A DNA stretch of 62,149 nucleotides, filler included, from Dugesia japonica (GCA_001938525.1; 6 parts of 6 records of this genome joined end to end with filler, not necessarily neighbours in it), one strand, 5' to 3'. Positions 1 through 13,123 are shown, counted from the first letter of the whole stretch. Program-made: numbers and translations. The notes: generated by a model from the sequence alone, not told the origin.

Positions 1-1349
1 GATTGAAAATGCTTTGTTTAACTTGCATTCATATTGCACTTTGCATGCAATCATAATATTAAACAAAGAACTACGAATGAAAACATGATAATAAACAATA
101 GTAACACAAATGCATCGAATAAATTGAAAAAGACACATACATACATGACAACCATGAGTATATGAACGTAAACGTTCGATAAATTTTCTTAATTTTAATA
201 TGCAACCAATAATTACATTGAACAAAGATAATGTGCTGTCCATCACTGCGGATTATGGAAAACCTACTGAATTTCTTGGAATTCAAATGAAATTTTTCAA
301 AAGACCGATAATATATTCGTTTCAAGTAAAAGTTTTTTATTTATTTTATTNNNNNNNNNNNNNNNNNNNNNNNNNNNNNNNNNNNNNNNNNNNNNNNNNN
401 NNNNNNNNNNNNNNNNNNNNNNNNNNNNNNNNNNNNNNNNNNNNNNNNNNNNNNNNNNNNNNNNNNNNNNNNNNNNNNNNNNNNNNNNNNNNNNNNNNNN
501 NNNNNNNNNNNNNNNNNNNNNNNNNNNNNNNNNNNNNNNNNNNNNNNNNNNNNNNNNNNNNNNNNNNNNNNNNNNNNNNNNNNNNNNNNNNNNNNNNNNN
601 CAACATCAACTCGAATAATAGAAAAGTTACCTCTCCTATTTGGAGAATTCGAGAGTATTATTGAATTTAATAATAAATAAATGTTGTTAATTATATATTT
701 TTTTATTTATTTCCTATAAAACAACCTTATTTTAAATTAATAACTATAAAAAACTTTACTAAAATTTAATTATAAAAAACTTAATTTAACTATAAAAACT
801 TAATTACTTTTCAAATAATTAACTTAAAAATAATAAAAAATTTATNNNNNNNNNNNNNNNNNNNNNNNNNNNNNNNNNNNNNNNNNNNNNNNNNNNNNNN
901 NNNNNNNNNNNNNNNNNNNNNNNNNNNNNNNNNNNNNNNNNNNNNNNNNNNNNNNNNNNNNNNNNNNNNNNNNNNNNNNNNNNNNNNNNNNNNNNNNNNN
1001 NNNNNNNNNNNNNNNNNNNNNNNNNNNNNNNNNNNNTAAAACGCGTTTCTTTCGAAAAAGAATCAGCGCAATAATATCTAAATTAAAATTTTAAATTAAG
1101 AATAAAAAAAAATTTTTTAATTTTACTTTTTTCTTGACCATCCGACTCTGCTGATTTGATGCAGGTCTTTCGGAAAGATTCGACTTGAATTGGATTCATT
1201 TTTTATTTAATAACAACTGATTAAGATGACAAATGTAATGTAATGTAATTTTCTAATTAACAATAATGAACCAATAAAATTCGACAAATAAAAAACAATA
1301 AAAAGATAAGAAAATAAAAGATTAAAAAAAGATTAAAAAAACTTAGAAA

Positions 1350-1751
1350 AAAAATGATGACTCATCCGGATCTAGAAAATAGTTGATCTAAAAATTTTTT
1401 TCTTTGTTTGTTTGGACTCAGAAAAAACTTTGAAAAAATGTATGAGTCATGATCTAGAAAATGTATGAGTCATGTTCTTTGTTCTCGTATCACGATGACT
1501 CATCTGTATGACTCATGGTATTTGTTCTAGTCATCGATGAATCATCGCGATTAGTCATGGTCTTTGTTTCAGCCCTCGATGAGTAAAACAGGATGAGTCA
1601 AACTGATTTAGAAAAACGATGACTCGTCGTTATGAGTCATACTTATGAGTCATCATTTTTGTCCTATCAACTGATGACTCATCTCGATGACTCATGGTCT
1701 TTGTCTCATAAGGGGGGAGGGAGTGATTCAGTGCGCTACTATCTACCTACT
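1350..1751 (-). mobile_element. Polinton/Maverick-like element terminus with subterminal TGA(C/G)TCA array
   Basis: Ends ...GTGCGCTACTATCTACCTACT (reverse complement AGTAGGTAGATAGTAGCGCAC) after a G-run; near-identical motifs at 2080, 22739 and 31234; adjacent to a Polinton penton ORF. Confidence 0.6.
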
Positions 1752-1807
1752 AAAATGGCATGGATATCAAAAACCTACTTGGATATTAGCATCACAGTTA
1801 GTTAATA

Positions 1808-2014
1808 ATGAACAACGTGAATAATTTCTTTACACTTTTACCTAGTAATAGCTGTCCTCTTATTTATCCGAATAATAATGTTAGTAAATTCATCGTTGAG
1901 CTTCAAAATCCGATTTATATGGATGATAGTTGGGAAGTAGCATTGTTGGATTTTACCTTTGTATATCAAACATTTCCATTATATAAAATAAATTATATAA
2001 ATTTGTGTTCTTAA
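1808..2014 (+). pseudogene. Polinton/adintovirus-type minor capsid (penton) protein, N-terminal fragment
   Basis: FFTLLPSNSCPLIYPNNNVSKFIVELQNPIYMDDSWEVALLDFTF matches the Polinton penton N-terminal pattern F(Y)xTLPSNS..YPxN..F...L..PI.L...WEVAL; truncated. Confidence 0.8.
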
Positions 2015-2079
2015 TAAAAGCAAAGAAAAGATAAATGCAACGAAATTAATAGAAGAATGTGATTTAGATGCATCAAGAA

Positions 2080-2400
2080 AGTAGATAGATAGTAGCGCAT
2101 AAGAACAGCACACATTAGGTAACCCCCCGTACCCTTTACGTAATCGGATTATTACATAAGTGTTTTTATATTTTTCTAATGTAAATAGGCGGCAGCACAC
2201 ATTTGTGTGCATTACATAATGTAGTTAATTTTGCCGCGACATTATTACGCAACTGTTTTTTAAATTTCTCTGTGTGTTTAGTTGGGAAAAAATTTTGCAC
2301 ACAAATTATGTCATGAGATTAATTTCATCGGTGAAATTTTACGTAATATGATTAACTGTTTTTTAATTTTTCCAATGTATTTAGTTGGAATTTTGTTTTA
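2080..2400 (+). mobile_element. Polinton-like element left terminus
   Basis: Starts AGTAGATAGATAGTAGCGCA followed by a C-run; TTAC(A/G)TAA repeats follow. Confidence 0.55.
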
Positions 2401-2965
2401 GGTTTTTTAAGCGGCAATATTTTTTAGGCTTTTTAGTTGGAAATTTATTTGGTGAGGTTGAATGAGATCAATTTTTTCAATAAACATTTTCTATTATAAT
2501 TTTAATTTAATCATTTTAACATATACATGAAATGTAAATTATTTTCAAATTACCTTTAAACATTTATTAAAAACATAATTCAATTTACCAATAATATCAT
2601 AGTTTTAATCAAAAACATATTGAAAATTAATCAATTCATCATACTTAATTTATTCAATCAATTATAGGAGATATTTTTAACTAATAATTTCAAATCTTTC
2701 ACAATTATCAATACTTAATAAAGAATTCCTATTGTAAATTAAATTTTAATTAAAGTTTTACGATAAAAATAGAACACAAATTAAAATACACATTATCTAA
2801 TTAAATTAATCAAAATTACAAGTAAAAATATAGAACAGGTTAAATAATTAAATATTTATTAAACAGTACATTTACCACTAGTTAATATTATAAATAGCGA
2901 AGGAAAACTAGTAAATGATAGAAAATGACCTAAAGAGTGAGAAAACCGTTTATAATTAATGATCA

Positions 2966-3180
2966 GTGCACTGCTAGTAGAGTTTCGATGACTGGAATCT
3001 AGTGTACTGCTAGCAGAGTTTCAATAACTGGAATCTAGTGTACTGCTAGCAGAGTTTCGATGACTGAAATCTAGTGCACAGCTATAAGAGTTTTGATGTC
3101 TGAGGACACGTTTACAGTTAGCAGAGTTTTAATGTCTGAAATTTGGTGGTCAGAGCACAGAGCTTTGATAACTGTAGACT
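2966..3180. repeat. 36-bp tandem repeat, ~6 progressively diverging units
   Basis: Units such as GTGTACTGCTAGCAGAGTTTCGATGACTGGAATCTA. Confidence 0.9.
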
Positions 3181-3299
3181 GGTGAAGAGGGTAATTTCAT
3201 CCAAATATATCTAAACAACTACTCAAAATTTATCTTACTGTATAAATTATCGTATTTTTATATTATTCGGGACTCCCAAATTAAGTACTTGTTTTTTCA

Positions 3300-4320
3300 A
3301 TACAACTTTTATCTATACGATTTGATGATTTTAGGTTAATTTATTTGTAATCAGTGTAGAATTCTCTATTAAATAGACTGGTTTTAATTAAATTTGAGAT
3401 ACTTTTTATTTTTAATTAATTATTGAGAAAACTTTTATCTTTTTCAAAGTAATTTGATTTGACAAATTTTTACCGTATATATTCTTGATCAGTAAAACAT
3501 TATCTAATAGTACTTGGATCATTAAATGTGGATGAAAATTATAAAAAATAACTTTTTATTTGTCTCGATTAAGCGTAATCGGGATTTTTAACTATGTTTT
3601 TTCTAGTTTTCTTTGGAAAATTAAGTTTGATGATTTTAGGTGATGATTTTCTTGATCAGTAATCTTTATCAAATAATGTATGTTTTGTTACGATATGAGA
3701 AGAAAATATTTTCAAAAATTGTCTAAAAACCTGGGCTTATCCCATTTTCCTTAATCCCAGACAAGATTTGATGATTTCTAACTAGATCAGTCCTAATCAG
3801 TGTAAAATTTTCAATTGAATAGACTATGTTATAATAAGATTTCAGTTACCCCTTTTAAAATTCATAATTTCCTCCCGGACTCCCAAAATGAAATACATGT
3901 TTTTTCTAAATAACTTTTATTTATAAGATTGAACGAATTTACGTTTAAATATTTGGAATCAGTAAAATTTCCTCTATCGAATAGATACCTTGTTGACCAA
4001 TTCTGAGATACTTTTTTTTATTTTTTCGAAATAGTTACGAAATCCAGAAGGATAGCTGTATATCTTTGTTATGAAGCATTTTCCCCGAGACGATATTTTA
4101 CCTTTGTACAGTCACTTTTTTCTCTTGAGTAAAATAATACCAAATTTTAAACCATATGAGTTATGTACGCAGAGAAAATTGAGCACCAAAATTCAAAATT
4201 TGAGATTTTTCACCGCAAAACCCCATTTAATTCCTCCCGGATAAATTTTGACGATTTTAGATTTACACATTTATTATCAGCGGAAAATTCTCTATCTAAT
4301 AGACATGGTTATTTTATGTA
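3300..4320. repeat. Degenerate ~150-bp repeat array
   Basis: Recurrent GATTTGATGATTTTAG...ATCAGT..AAATT.TCTAT..AATAGAC cores at ~3320, 3455, 3625, 3765, 3927, 4246. Confidence 0.65.
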
Positions 4321-4559
4321 AAAATGAGAAATAATGTTTTCGAAAAATATTTATTTGTGAAAAATAATCACCATCGAATTCTATATCGATCGACTAAAAA
4401 TATTTTCAAAAATTCTCAAAATTTCAGATGTTCACCCAGATTCCCATAAAAATTTGATTTAAAAATTTTAAAAATCTGAAAATTTAAATAAAAATGACTT
4501 AATTTCACNNATTTACCACAAAAGTTTAAAATAATTTTTAAAAACTTGAAAATTTAAAC

Positions 4560-4850
4560 TAATTTATCCTAAACTGACCAACCCGAGGAAATAATTCATC
4601 AAAACTCTTAAAAATTACTCAAACTAACCATTCCCGAGGAAATATTTGACCAAATCACCCAAAAAAAGACCAAATTGTCTAAACATTACCCAAGTTGATT
4701 AATCCCGAGAAAATATTCGAACAAATCATCCAATAATTACTCAAATTAACCATTCCTGTGGAAATATTTGACCAATTCACTCAAAAATTACTTAAACTGA
4801 GCAATCCAGTGAAAATATTGAACCAAATCTCCTAAAAATTACATAAAACC
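4560..4850. repeat. Degenerate ~55-60-bp tandem repeat
   Basis: Repeated AAACT(G/A)ACCA.TCCCGAGGAAATATTT...CAAATCAC.CAAAAATTAC. Confidence 0.7.
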
Positions 4851-5046
4851 GATAAGGGTAAAGTAATCTATTTCATTATATACACATTTACAAACCCTAT
4901 ATAAATATATCATCAAAACCCTAAAAAAATATAATAAATAAGCTAAAACAAAAAGATGAAAAAATAGAAAATAGAGGAAAGAAAAAGAAGAATAAAAGAA
5001 AAATATTATAAATTTGGTGCCAAAAAAATTTTCAAAAAAATAAATA

Positions 5047-6900
5047 CGGGTTACATTGATTGGTTCACCACTTGTGATTATTTTGTGTCTTGTCAGATGT
5101 GTGCGTCCTACAGCTCATTTACTGCCATAAAAGCATCTTCTTTACTTTCAATTATTTTCAATAACCATTGATCATGTTTAATCTTCAAATTATTTAAAGC
5201 TCTTGTCAATTGCTTTTCATTTTTAATTTGTCTCAAAATTTTACTTCAAAATTTTAAATGTAATTTTCTACTTTTTCATTAGTTTTACTGTTCGTACACT
5301 TTTCGTACAAGCCGGTATCCAAAGGTCTTCTGCATATCCAATTCTCCAGTCAGATCTGGTGTCACTTTTTCAGTTACTAAGAAAGTAACCTCTTTGCAAA
5401 GATTCATCAATTATTACTCCAGTTCTAACTTTCCCATTAATTGCAAGTGTAAAATCGTTTACAGACCAAAGTCTTTCATCACTCATTTCTAAATGTACTT
5501 CTCGTAATTTATTAAAACAACTCATAACTTTAATTCGAGCCCCTGTGTCTAAAAGACATTCAACTTTATTTCCCTGAATTGATATCGTAACACTTGGTCT
5601 GCCTTGTAATTTGGGGTAAAAGATCTTTGTTTTCTGTTCTGCTTCAATTTTTCCAACCCATTCATTTTTTCTATCATCCTCAAAATTTTCCCTCTTTAAA
5701 AACTTGTATACTTTTTCTTTAACTCTTCTGATATCATCCCACTTTTCAACCCCTTGAGGATAATTACTAACTTTATTTAGCAAGGGATGGCTCTAACCCA
5801 CTCCTCTACTGGTATAGCGCTGTCTTTTGGATACTGCCTTTCGGAATCACTTTCATATACTTCCTCATATCCATCGTTTATCCATAGTTATCTTTATCTT
5901 TATATGTAATCGCATGAATTTGATTACATTGGTTTCTTGGCCCTTTATTATTCACAAGTTTCTCGGTTGTTCTTATCATTTTAAAATTTGTGTAGCACTC
6001 TTTTATTCTATGTCCACCATTACCACATCTCACTTTTACATCTCACTTTTTGACATAACCTTCTAATATGGCCAACCTTTCTTCAATCAAAACATTTTGC
6101 TGCTTTTTTATTTGGACAATCTTGACTTATATGTCATTTTTTATGACAACTCCAACACTCTTCCACTTTTTTTGTCTGACAATTTGCTTTAGTATGACTG
6201 ATTTTATCACATGACAAACATTCAATATTTTGTTTTATTTTTCTCTGATTCACATTACTATTTACTGAATGATTTACAGGTTTTTTGTAACTCTCGCGTA
6301 TCTTCTAACTGCATCAACTCGATCTCTATTTTTCTCTACTCGATCTATTAATGTCATTGTTTCTTCAATTGCTTGTATATTCTGTCGTTTCTGCAAAGTC
6401 ACTTCTTTTTCAACGTTTGTGTTATCTGAACAATATACTAGCATCTTTGCTACCATTTTTTCTTCAGTAAAATCTTTAATTGTAAATAATCATTTTACTA
6501 AATCTTTTAAATTTTTAAAAGAAAATTGAATCTCTTCATTTTCACGCCTGTAGTAAATCAAATTTTGAAAATCTTTGATTATATCTTTCTCTTTCTCGAA
6601 TGCCATACGTAAGCAAGCCTGAAAACGTTCAACTTTTTTAAACGTCTTTGCATATTCTTCCAACAAATCTTCATCTTACAAACAGTAGTCTAAATGAATA
6701 AATTCATAAATGCAAGGATCTTCATAATATATACTTTTTAAAAACCAGTTGTGTTACCCATAAATTGAATTATTAGTTTTTGAAAGATCAGTTGCTACAG
6801 TATTAAAGCAATTTTACATTTGCACTTGAAATGGAGATTTTAACCATTCACCGTCATCATTAGGTCTTCCGATTCATACATTTTCAAGGTAGCCAAGTAT
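5047..6900 (-). mobile_element. Ty3/Gypsy retrotransposon fragment (gag zinc knuckles + aspartic protease), degenerate
   Basis: Protease motif ECLLDTGA (5370-5783); CX2CX4HX4C knuckles near 6110-6225; closely similar to 19100-19690. Confidence 0.85.
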
Positions 6901-6967
6901 CGGTCTTATTTAAGGCAAAAACAAATAAGTATTACACAATAACACATAATATCCCTAACCTTGAATA

Positions 6968-7223
6968 TTAGGTTGGTAAGAAACTAATTGCGGTTTTTAA
7001 CATATAAAGTAAAAGTAAAAATTTCGGAAAACATAAAGATATTTTATTCAAAATAAGAACAATTACAATCCATACATTTTTCCAAACGCGAAATAAGTTT
7101 ATTTATGCCAAAAGAATAGAAATCTGCTGTCCTGGATTTGTTTATTAAAACAAATGGTTCTTTTAAATAATTACTTTTAAAGTAATATTATATTAAATCA
7201 CAATTGATTTCTTACTAACCTAA
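6968..7223. mobile_element. Tc1/mariner-type MITE
   Basis: TIRs TTAGGTTGGTAAGAAACTAATTG / CAATTGATTTCTTACTAACCTAA, flanked by TA on both sides. Confidence 0.8.
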
Positions 7224-7839
7224 TAGAAAGAACAAATTATAAAGCTGCGCAAAGTTTTATAAAATTCTTGAACTTATGATCTCATGAATATCTTAAGTTG
7301 GAATTCCTCTTGTCGGATTCTATCCCAAATTGATTGTCTGAAATGATAGTAGAATTCGCATTGAAGTGCTTTAAGGAATGCAAAATATTAGTCTTTAAAT
7401 ATTGAAAATTAATATTAAGTTCAAAGTCTTTGATAGGAATGTCTCATGAACTTGTATCGTAAAAGGCACCAATTTACCACAAAAAGTTAGTCCGCACTGA
7501 ACCACACCACAGTTTTTCGATGGTATTGTCTACAATTTTTATCGGATCAAATCAAACTTGNNNNNNNNNNNNNNNNNNNNNNNNNNNNNNNNNNGTTATA
7601 CATTCCTAGTGTTTGTGAGGGGCGTATATAAAAAGTTATTAAATTTTTAAAAACTGAACTACCTCCATTTTGAAAGATATTGTTTCGAAAATATCACCAA
7701 TCTTCCTAAAATTAAAAACTACCTAAACGTCATATAAAAATTTTTTAAAAAAAATAAATGAATTTTAAAAAAAAATAAATAAAAAAATAAATAAAAAAAA
7801 AATTTTAAAAATAAATTTAAAAGAAAAAATTTTCTTAAA

Positions 7840-7983
7840 ATAGTAACTCGCCGGGGGGAGGGGGAGGTGGGTAATGGTTTAGTATGAAAAAAAATTCTGA
7901 AAAAAAATTTCTAAAAATAACTCGACGGGGTAGAGGGGGGGACCTGCTGGTTCAGTGTATTTTGTGCGCTCATATCCCATACT
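7840..7983 (-). mobile_element. Variant Polinton-like terminus with G-rich subterminal region
   Basis: Ends GTGCGCTCATATCCCATACT (rc AGTATGGGATATGAGCGCAC), same layout as the other termini (G-runs, GTGCGCT, ...TACT). Confidence 0.45.
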
Positions 7984-8802
7984 CAGACTAAATTAATTAT
8001 TAGGGGAAATTACAATTACAGACCGGAGAACGCTTTACGAATGCCGCATAACACTATTTTTCATTCTTGTCTTGATTCAAGACTCTTAAAAACCACAAAC
8101 AACTTTGAAAATGCCGCGTAATCTAAGGAATATTTTATTTTATGTAGTTAAGAGAAATTCATTAATATACTTGTTAACTGTAAAAGAGGTTCTTCTTGAT
8201 TATTCTCTGAAATAATGAAATATTACCTCAAATTTTCCGTTATTGTTGTATCTGAACAATCTATAAAATAAAACCCAGTAATTGTTGATTTTCTTGATAT
8301 AGTATTACCTGAATGTTCTCATTTGAAATCACCTAAATTAAGAAGTACACAACCGATATTTTAATTCAGTCAATGAAGAGATAAGTATGAAAAGAGTTCG
8401 GTTGAAATGGAATATAATTCTGTATTCATTTAGCAAATATCCCAAATAAATCTCTACGCCGATTAATATTGAAAACAAAGAAAAATAAATTATTTTTAGA
8501 AAGTGAAAAATTTGTAAATTTCGCTCTAAAAGCTGTAATTATTGAAAAGAATGTTCAAGTCATTCAAAATTATTGTAGACGTCAGTGAAGGAAGATATGG
8601 TCATGTATTTAATGATATAGATTTCAAAATGGGTTTATTAAAAGCTCTGAAAAAGTTCTTCTTTTCAATACAGTTTGAGAAAAAAAATTTTCGAAAAAAA
8701 TAATAATAATTTTATTCAATTGAACTGGTATTCACAGATTATACTTATTTTAAATTAAACTCGAATGCAGATAAAGGATTCTATGTTGCATTTGAATATT
8801 TG

Positions 8803-8902
8803 NNNNNNNNNNNNNNNNNNNNNNNNNNNNNNNNNNNNNNNNNNNNTTAATTAATTAANNNNNNNNNNNNNNNNNNNNNNNNNNNNNNNNNNNNNNNNNN
8901 NN
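8803..8902. other. Artificial scaffold linker
   Basis: 44 N + TTAATTAATTAA (stops in all six frames) + 44 N. Confidence 0.97.
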
Positions 8903-9157
8903 CTAAATAATAATATTTAGTTATCTCAATTCTTATTGGCTGAAATTATTAATTAATAATTATTTCCTCATAGTCTCAACTACAATTCTAATTGTACTCT
9001 AATTTTTGTAATAACTAAATTAAATTTCATTTAGTTAAAAAGTTTATAATTGAACTATAAATAACTGAATATTAATAATTTATTATTAATAAATATGCAA
9101 AAAACGATGGCAAATGTTTAATAAAAAATAATTAACGCTATTTAAAATAAAACTTTA

Positions 9158-9202
9158 TTGTTAAATATTTTGACGGATTAACAACCGTCATCATCAGACA
9201 AA
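9158..9202 (-). ncRNA. Degenerate minimal hammerhead ribozyme of a Penelope pLTR
   Basis: Minus strand TTGT-CTGATGA-T-GACGG-ttgttaat-CCGTC-AAAA(GAAA mutated)-TATTTA-ACAA; downstream of a same-strand Penelope RT fragment. Confidence 0.6.
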
Positions 9203-9365
9203 AATGAAATAAATGAGTTTATTCAGTCTGTATTATTCAAACAAAGATTAATGCGATTATACTGAATATAAGACGGCTATCATTCTTAATTTTTAAAATT
9301 TTTTAACAACTTTTCAATAAAAAATTAATTTATATAATAATATTTCATTACTTTTACCTATAAAA

Positions 9366-9596
9366 TCAAAGATGTTTTTTCAAAATATTTAATACAGAAT
9401 TTGAGATGAAATTAACAAACTCTAAACTGTCCTTACATTCAAAATTAGAATTCATTAATCGTTTCAATTTAGAATTCAAATATATCGCAATCTTATACTG
9501 AGCTGTACAAACCATAAATAAAACTGGTCGCATAGGAACTCTATTTTTATGAACTTTAGGTAAACCATATAGTTTTGCTGCTTTACATTGTAACAA
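9366..9596 (-). pseudogene. Penelope-like element reverse transcriptase fragment
   Basis: LYGLPKVHKNRVPMRPV...AQYKIAIYLNSKLK...KDSLEFV is the typical PLE RT N-terminal motif. Confidence 0.88.
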
Positions 9597-11184
9597 ATGT
9601 TGTCATTTATTATTGATTTATAGATTTATTATTTTCATTAAAAAAATAACATCAAATCACTAACTTATTCAATTAACTACAACCTGAAATTATAGTTATA
9701 CTGCATGTTAACATGTGCAATATGATTCACTAGTGAAATAAATGTGAAAATCGTATTGTGAATAATTAAATTTTTATTTGTGTAAAAATTATATCAATAA
9801 AAATAATTTGTTGTACCAGTGTTGGTACATAGCTTTTAAAAATAATATTTTATTTCATTTTTTTGTAAATTAAGTGAAATCTTTAGAGTCATTTGCGAAT
9901 GATCCTCCACCAAAAATCAATTATGGAGCATCATTAGAACCAATAAGAAAAATGAATTCCAGCGAGCCAGTTATTAAAAAACGAAAAAAAAAAATTAGAG
10001 ANNNNNNNNNNNNNNNNNNNNNNNNNNNNNNNNNNNNNNNNNNNNNNNNNNNNNNNNNNNNNNNNNNNNNNNNNNNNGAACCGTTAAACTATACAAAATC
10101 ATTGGAAAACATATCAAATAGAGTAAAAGAAATTTTTTACTGAATTTTGATTTATGAATATGAAATTATATAGCTGAAACAACTTCCGAACGGGGTAATA
10201 TCAAACAGGCATTCACCAAATCATGATCCATTTCCCATATCAAATAATCAACAATCAGTTTATGAAAATCGAAATTCTGCAATCATGATGAAGTGAGAGA
10301 AAATATTAATTAATTACAATAAAATTCAATTATAATTAAGTATTAACGAAATTCGAAAATCTGAACATGGAAATATTCAGGAAAAAGTTTCAAATAAACA
10401 GATTCAACCTAATTGGTTGACCAATGGAACGTCTCGATTTTGATAAAAAAAAAACGATCGTAAAGTCAAAAATATTGATTAATTCCAAAATCACAACAAT
10501 TAAATTAATCTTTGAACAACTCTTTTTTTGTGCAGTTTATAAAATTTTCTGATTATCAAATTTTATATCGTATATTTAGATTATTTTTCTATTATTGTCA
10601 GTTAATGTGGTATCATTACAAGTAATTAAAACAAAGAAATTGCTTTTTTAAATATTGACTTTTAATTTAATAAAAATGGCACCGACAATTGTATTTAATT
10701 TGGTTGACAACCGTTCGTAGTTATAATGCGTGAATTTGATTATTTTTAATGCACTTCAATGAACATCAACTAAAGAGTACGCTGGCCTTATTATATATTT
10801 ATTGTTAATTAATTAATTGAAATTTATCTTTACTTTTTGAGAATTTAATTGCTAAATTTACGATTATTTCTTACAATGACCATGATTTGTCGATTATTCT
10901 TTATTTCTCAATGGGAGAATATTGGAAATTTATTGTTTTATCAATTAATTTTCGTAATCTTTTTTTTATCATAAATTCATTATCTCAATTAATCTCTTAG
11001 GAAAAGGCGTTAAACTTCTCTTTATTTATTTTTAATGAAATATTCTAAATTTGAGATAAACGTAATATTTCATTTATGTTGAAACAATTAAAGTATTATA
11101 TTCATAACAATTAAAATGTGATCAAATCTAATTAAAGAATTAATTAACTAATAGACTATTAATCCCTTTATTTACTAATTGATG

Positions 11185-11423
11185 CAGTGGCGTAGCGAGG
11201 GATAATATGGATTAATCATGTCCCGAGCGCCAAACGGTCATCAAGCCAAACAAGATTTTCTGCGTCTAAAAAAATTTGAAATTTTTTTTGACAAGGGGTT
11301 TGGTAAAAGTTTGGTAACCACTGCTATATATTATATGACTATATATTTTACGAGTTTTCCGGGGGTGGGGGGCACCGAAATAGTATTGTGTCCTGTGCGC
11401 CAGTTATGCTTGCTACGCCACTA
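11185..11423. mobile_element. hAT-type MITE
   Basis: TIRs CAGTGGCGTAGC / GCTACGCCACTA; 8-bp TSD AATTGATG / AATTGACG. Confidence 0.85.
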
Positions 11424-11949
11424 AATTGACGGATTTCATAATATAATATAGTGCAGAGAATGGGAACCTTTTTATCCTTAAAGGCTACATTTAAATAAGA
11501 CCGTGATGAAGGAGACCGAATTAGTTGATATGTCGACTTATAAATGGAAATTTTATGAAATTATTACTATTTCTGTGTAGTTATACCACTTCAAGTAAAA
11601 ATAATTAAGCAGAAGTATTTTTAAATAAATTTATTATAAAGAAACACAATTGAAAACTAATAAAATTCAATTCAGTGAGATAATTATGCATTAAATCAAA
11701 TATCAATTAATACAGGAGCTAGCTTTTACGGAAGCCTCAGGTTCCCATATCTGATATAATGTTTCGAAATGTAGAATATATTGTCAATCTTAATCTTTGT
11801 AACAATTCGTGGGTCAGAAGTAGTCTCAGGTTTACAGAAATTTCAGTAAAAATAAGAAAAGAAAATATTGAAATATTTTTCATTTATATTAGTTAATATT
11901 TTAAATAAATAATATTACGTAAATATTTTTATGCCTGTTTAACGTTTTT

Positions 11950-13000
11950 GAGCGTATTATTTACATAGCAACTGAGTAATATAAAGTTTATAACGGTATT
12001 ATTTACATAGTAATCGTGTAATATAGGGTTTATTTATATAATTAAGATAAAAAATTATAGTTACCATGTTTTTTATACATAGAAACCGTGTATTATAGAG
12101 TTTATGAGTGTATTANNNNNNNNNNNNNNNNNNNNNNNNNNNNNNNNNNNNNNNNNNNNNNNNNNNNNNNNNNNNNNNNNNNNNNNNNNNNNNNNNNNNN
12201 NNNNNNNNNNNNNNNNNNNNNNNNNNNNNNNNNNNNNNNNNNNNNNNNNNNNNNNAATAAAGATTTATTAGTATAATATTTGTATATTTGCATTGTATTA
12301 TTTACTTAACAACCGTGCAGTATAAGTTTTATGAGTTTATAGGGTTTTTGAGTGTGGAAAATATTTCATATATAACTGCAAATTACTGTATAAATACCTT
12401 ATAAGTAAATATTTATATGTATCTATAAAGCTTTTGAATGTATAGGGTTTATGAGTGTGAAACAGTTTCATATATATGACCTAAAATTATTGTATAAATA
12501 CCTTATATGTAAATATTTTGATGAGTGTATAGAGATTTTGAATGTATATGGTTTATGAGTAGGGAACACTTTCATATATATATATATATATTTGTGTGTT
12601 AAAATTACTGTATAATTACTTTATAAGTAAATATTTTCATGAATATATCGAGATTTTGAGTGTATAGGGCTTATGAGTGTGAAAAACGTCATATATAACT
12701 GAAATTACTATATAAATACCTTATAAGTAAATAGTTTTATAACTGTATTATTTACATAACAATCATGTATTATTTACATAGCAAACGTGTAATATAAGGC
12801 TTATGAAGTTATTTTTACATAGTAACCATGTAATATAGGGTTTATGAGTGCAATATTTGTATATTTAAATTGTATTATTTACTTAGCAACTATGTAATGT
12901 AGGTTTTATGAGTGTATTATTTACATAAAAACCATGTTTTGTTTTCATAGAAACTGTGTAATATAAGGCTTATGAGGGTATTTTTTACATAGAATAATTT
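11950..13000. repeat. Complex tandem repeat array (TATTATTTACATAGCAAC-type short units and ~105-bp units containing GTATAAATACCTTATAAGTAAATATT)
   Basis: Units directly visible; same family recurs at 14264-14365. Confidence 0.85.
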
Positions 13001-13123
13001 GATTATCATTTCTTTATATTGATTTTTTAAAATTTATTAATTTATTACATTTTATATATTTGTTTTAACCAATCAATTAAATTAAATCCATCAAAACACA
13101 ATGTTCTTCTTAATTCATTAATT

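Noticed and set aside
2966-3180. 36-bp repeats as a CRISPR array
   Set aside because: Head-to-tail units without unique spacers, eukaryotic context, no cas genes
2080-7983. Single element bounded by the termini at 2080 and 7983
   Set aside because: Termini differ in sequence and flanks (CAAGAA vs CAGACT) do not form a TSD; unresolved
8150-8800. Possible continuation of the penton gene
   Set aside because: Coding-like fragments but no motif I can recognise
8847-8858. TTAATTAATTAA palindrome recurring five times as a biological motif
   Set aside because: Always centred in exactly 44+44 Ns: an assembly linker
9874-10450. Possible host exon with KKRKKK
   Set aside because: Gap, stops and no recognisable domain
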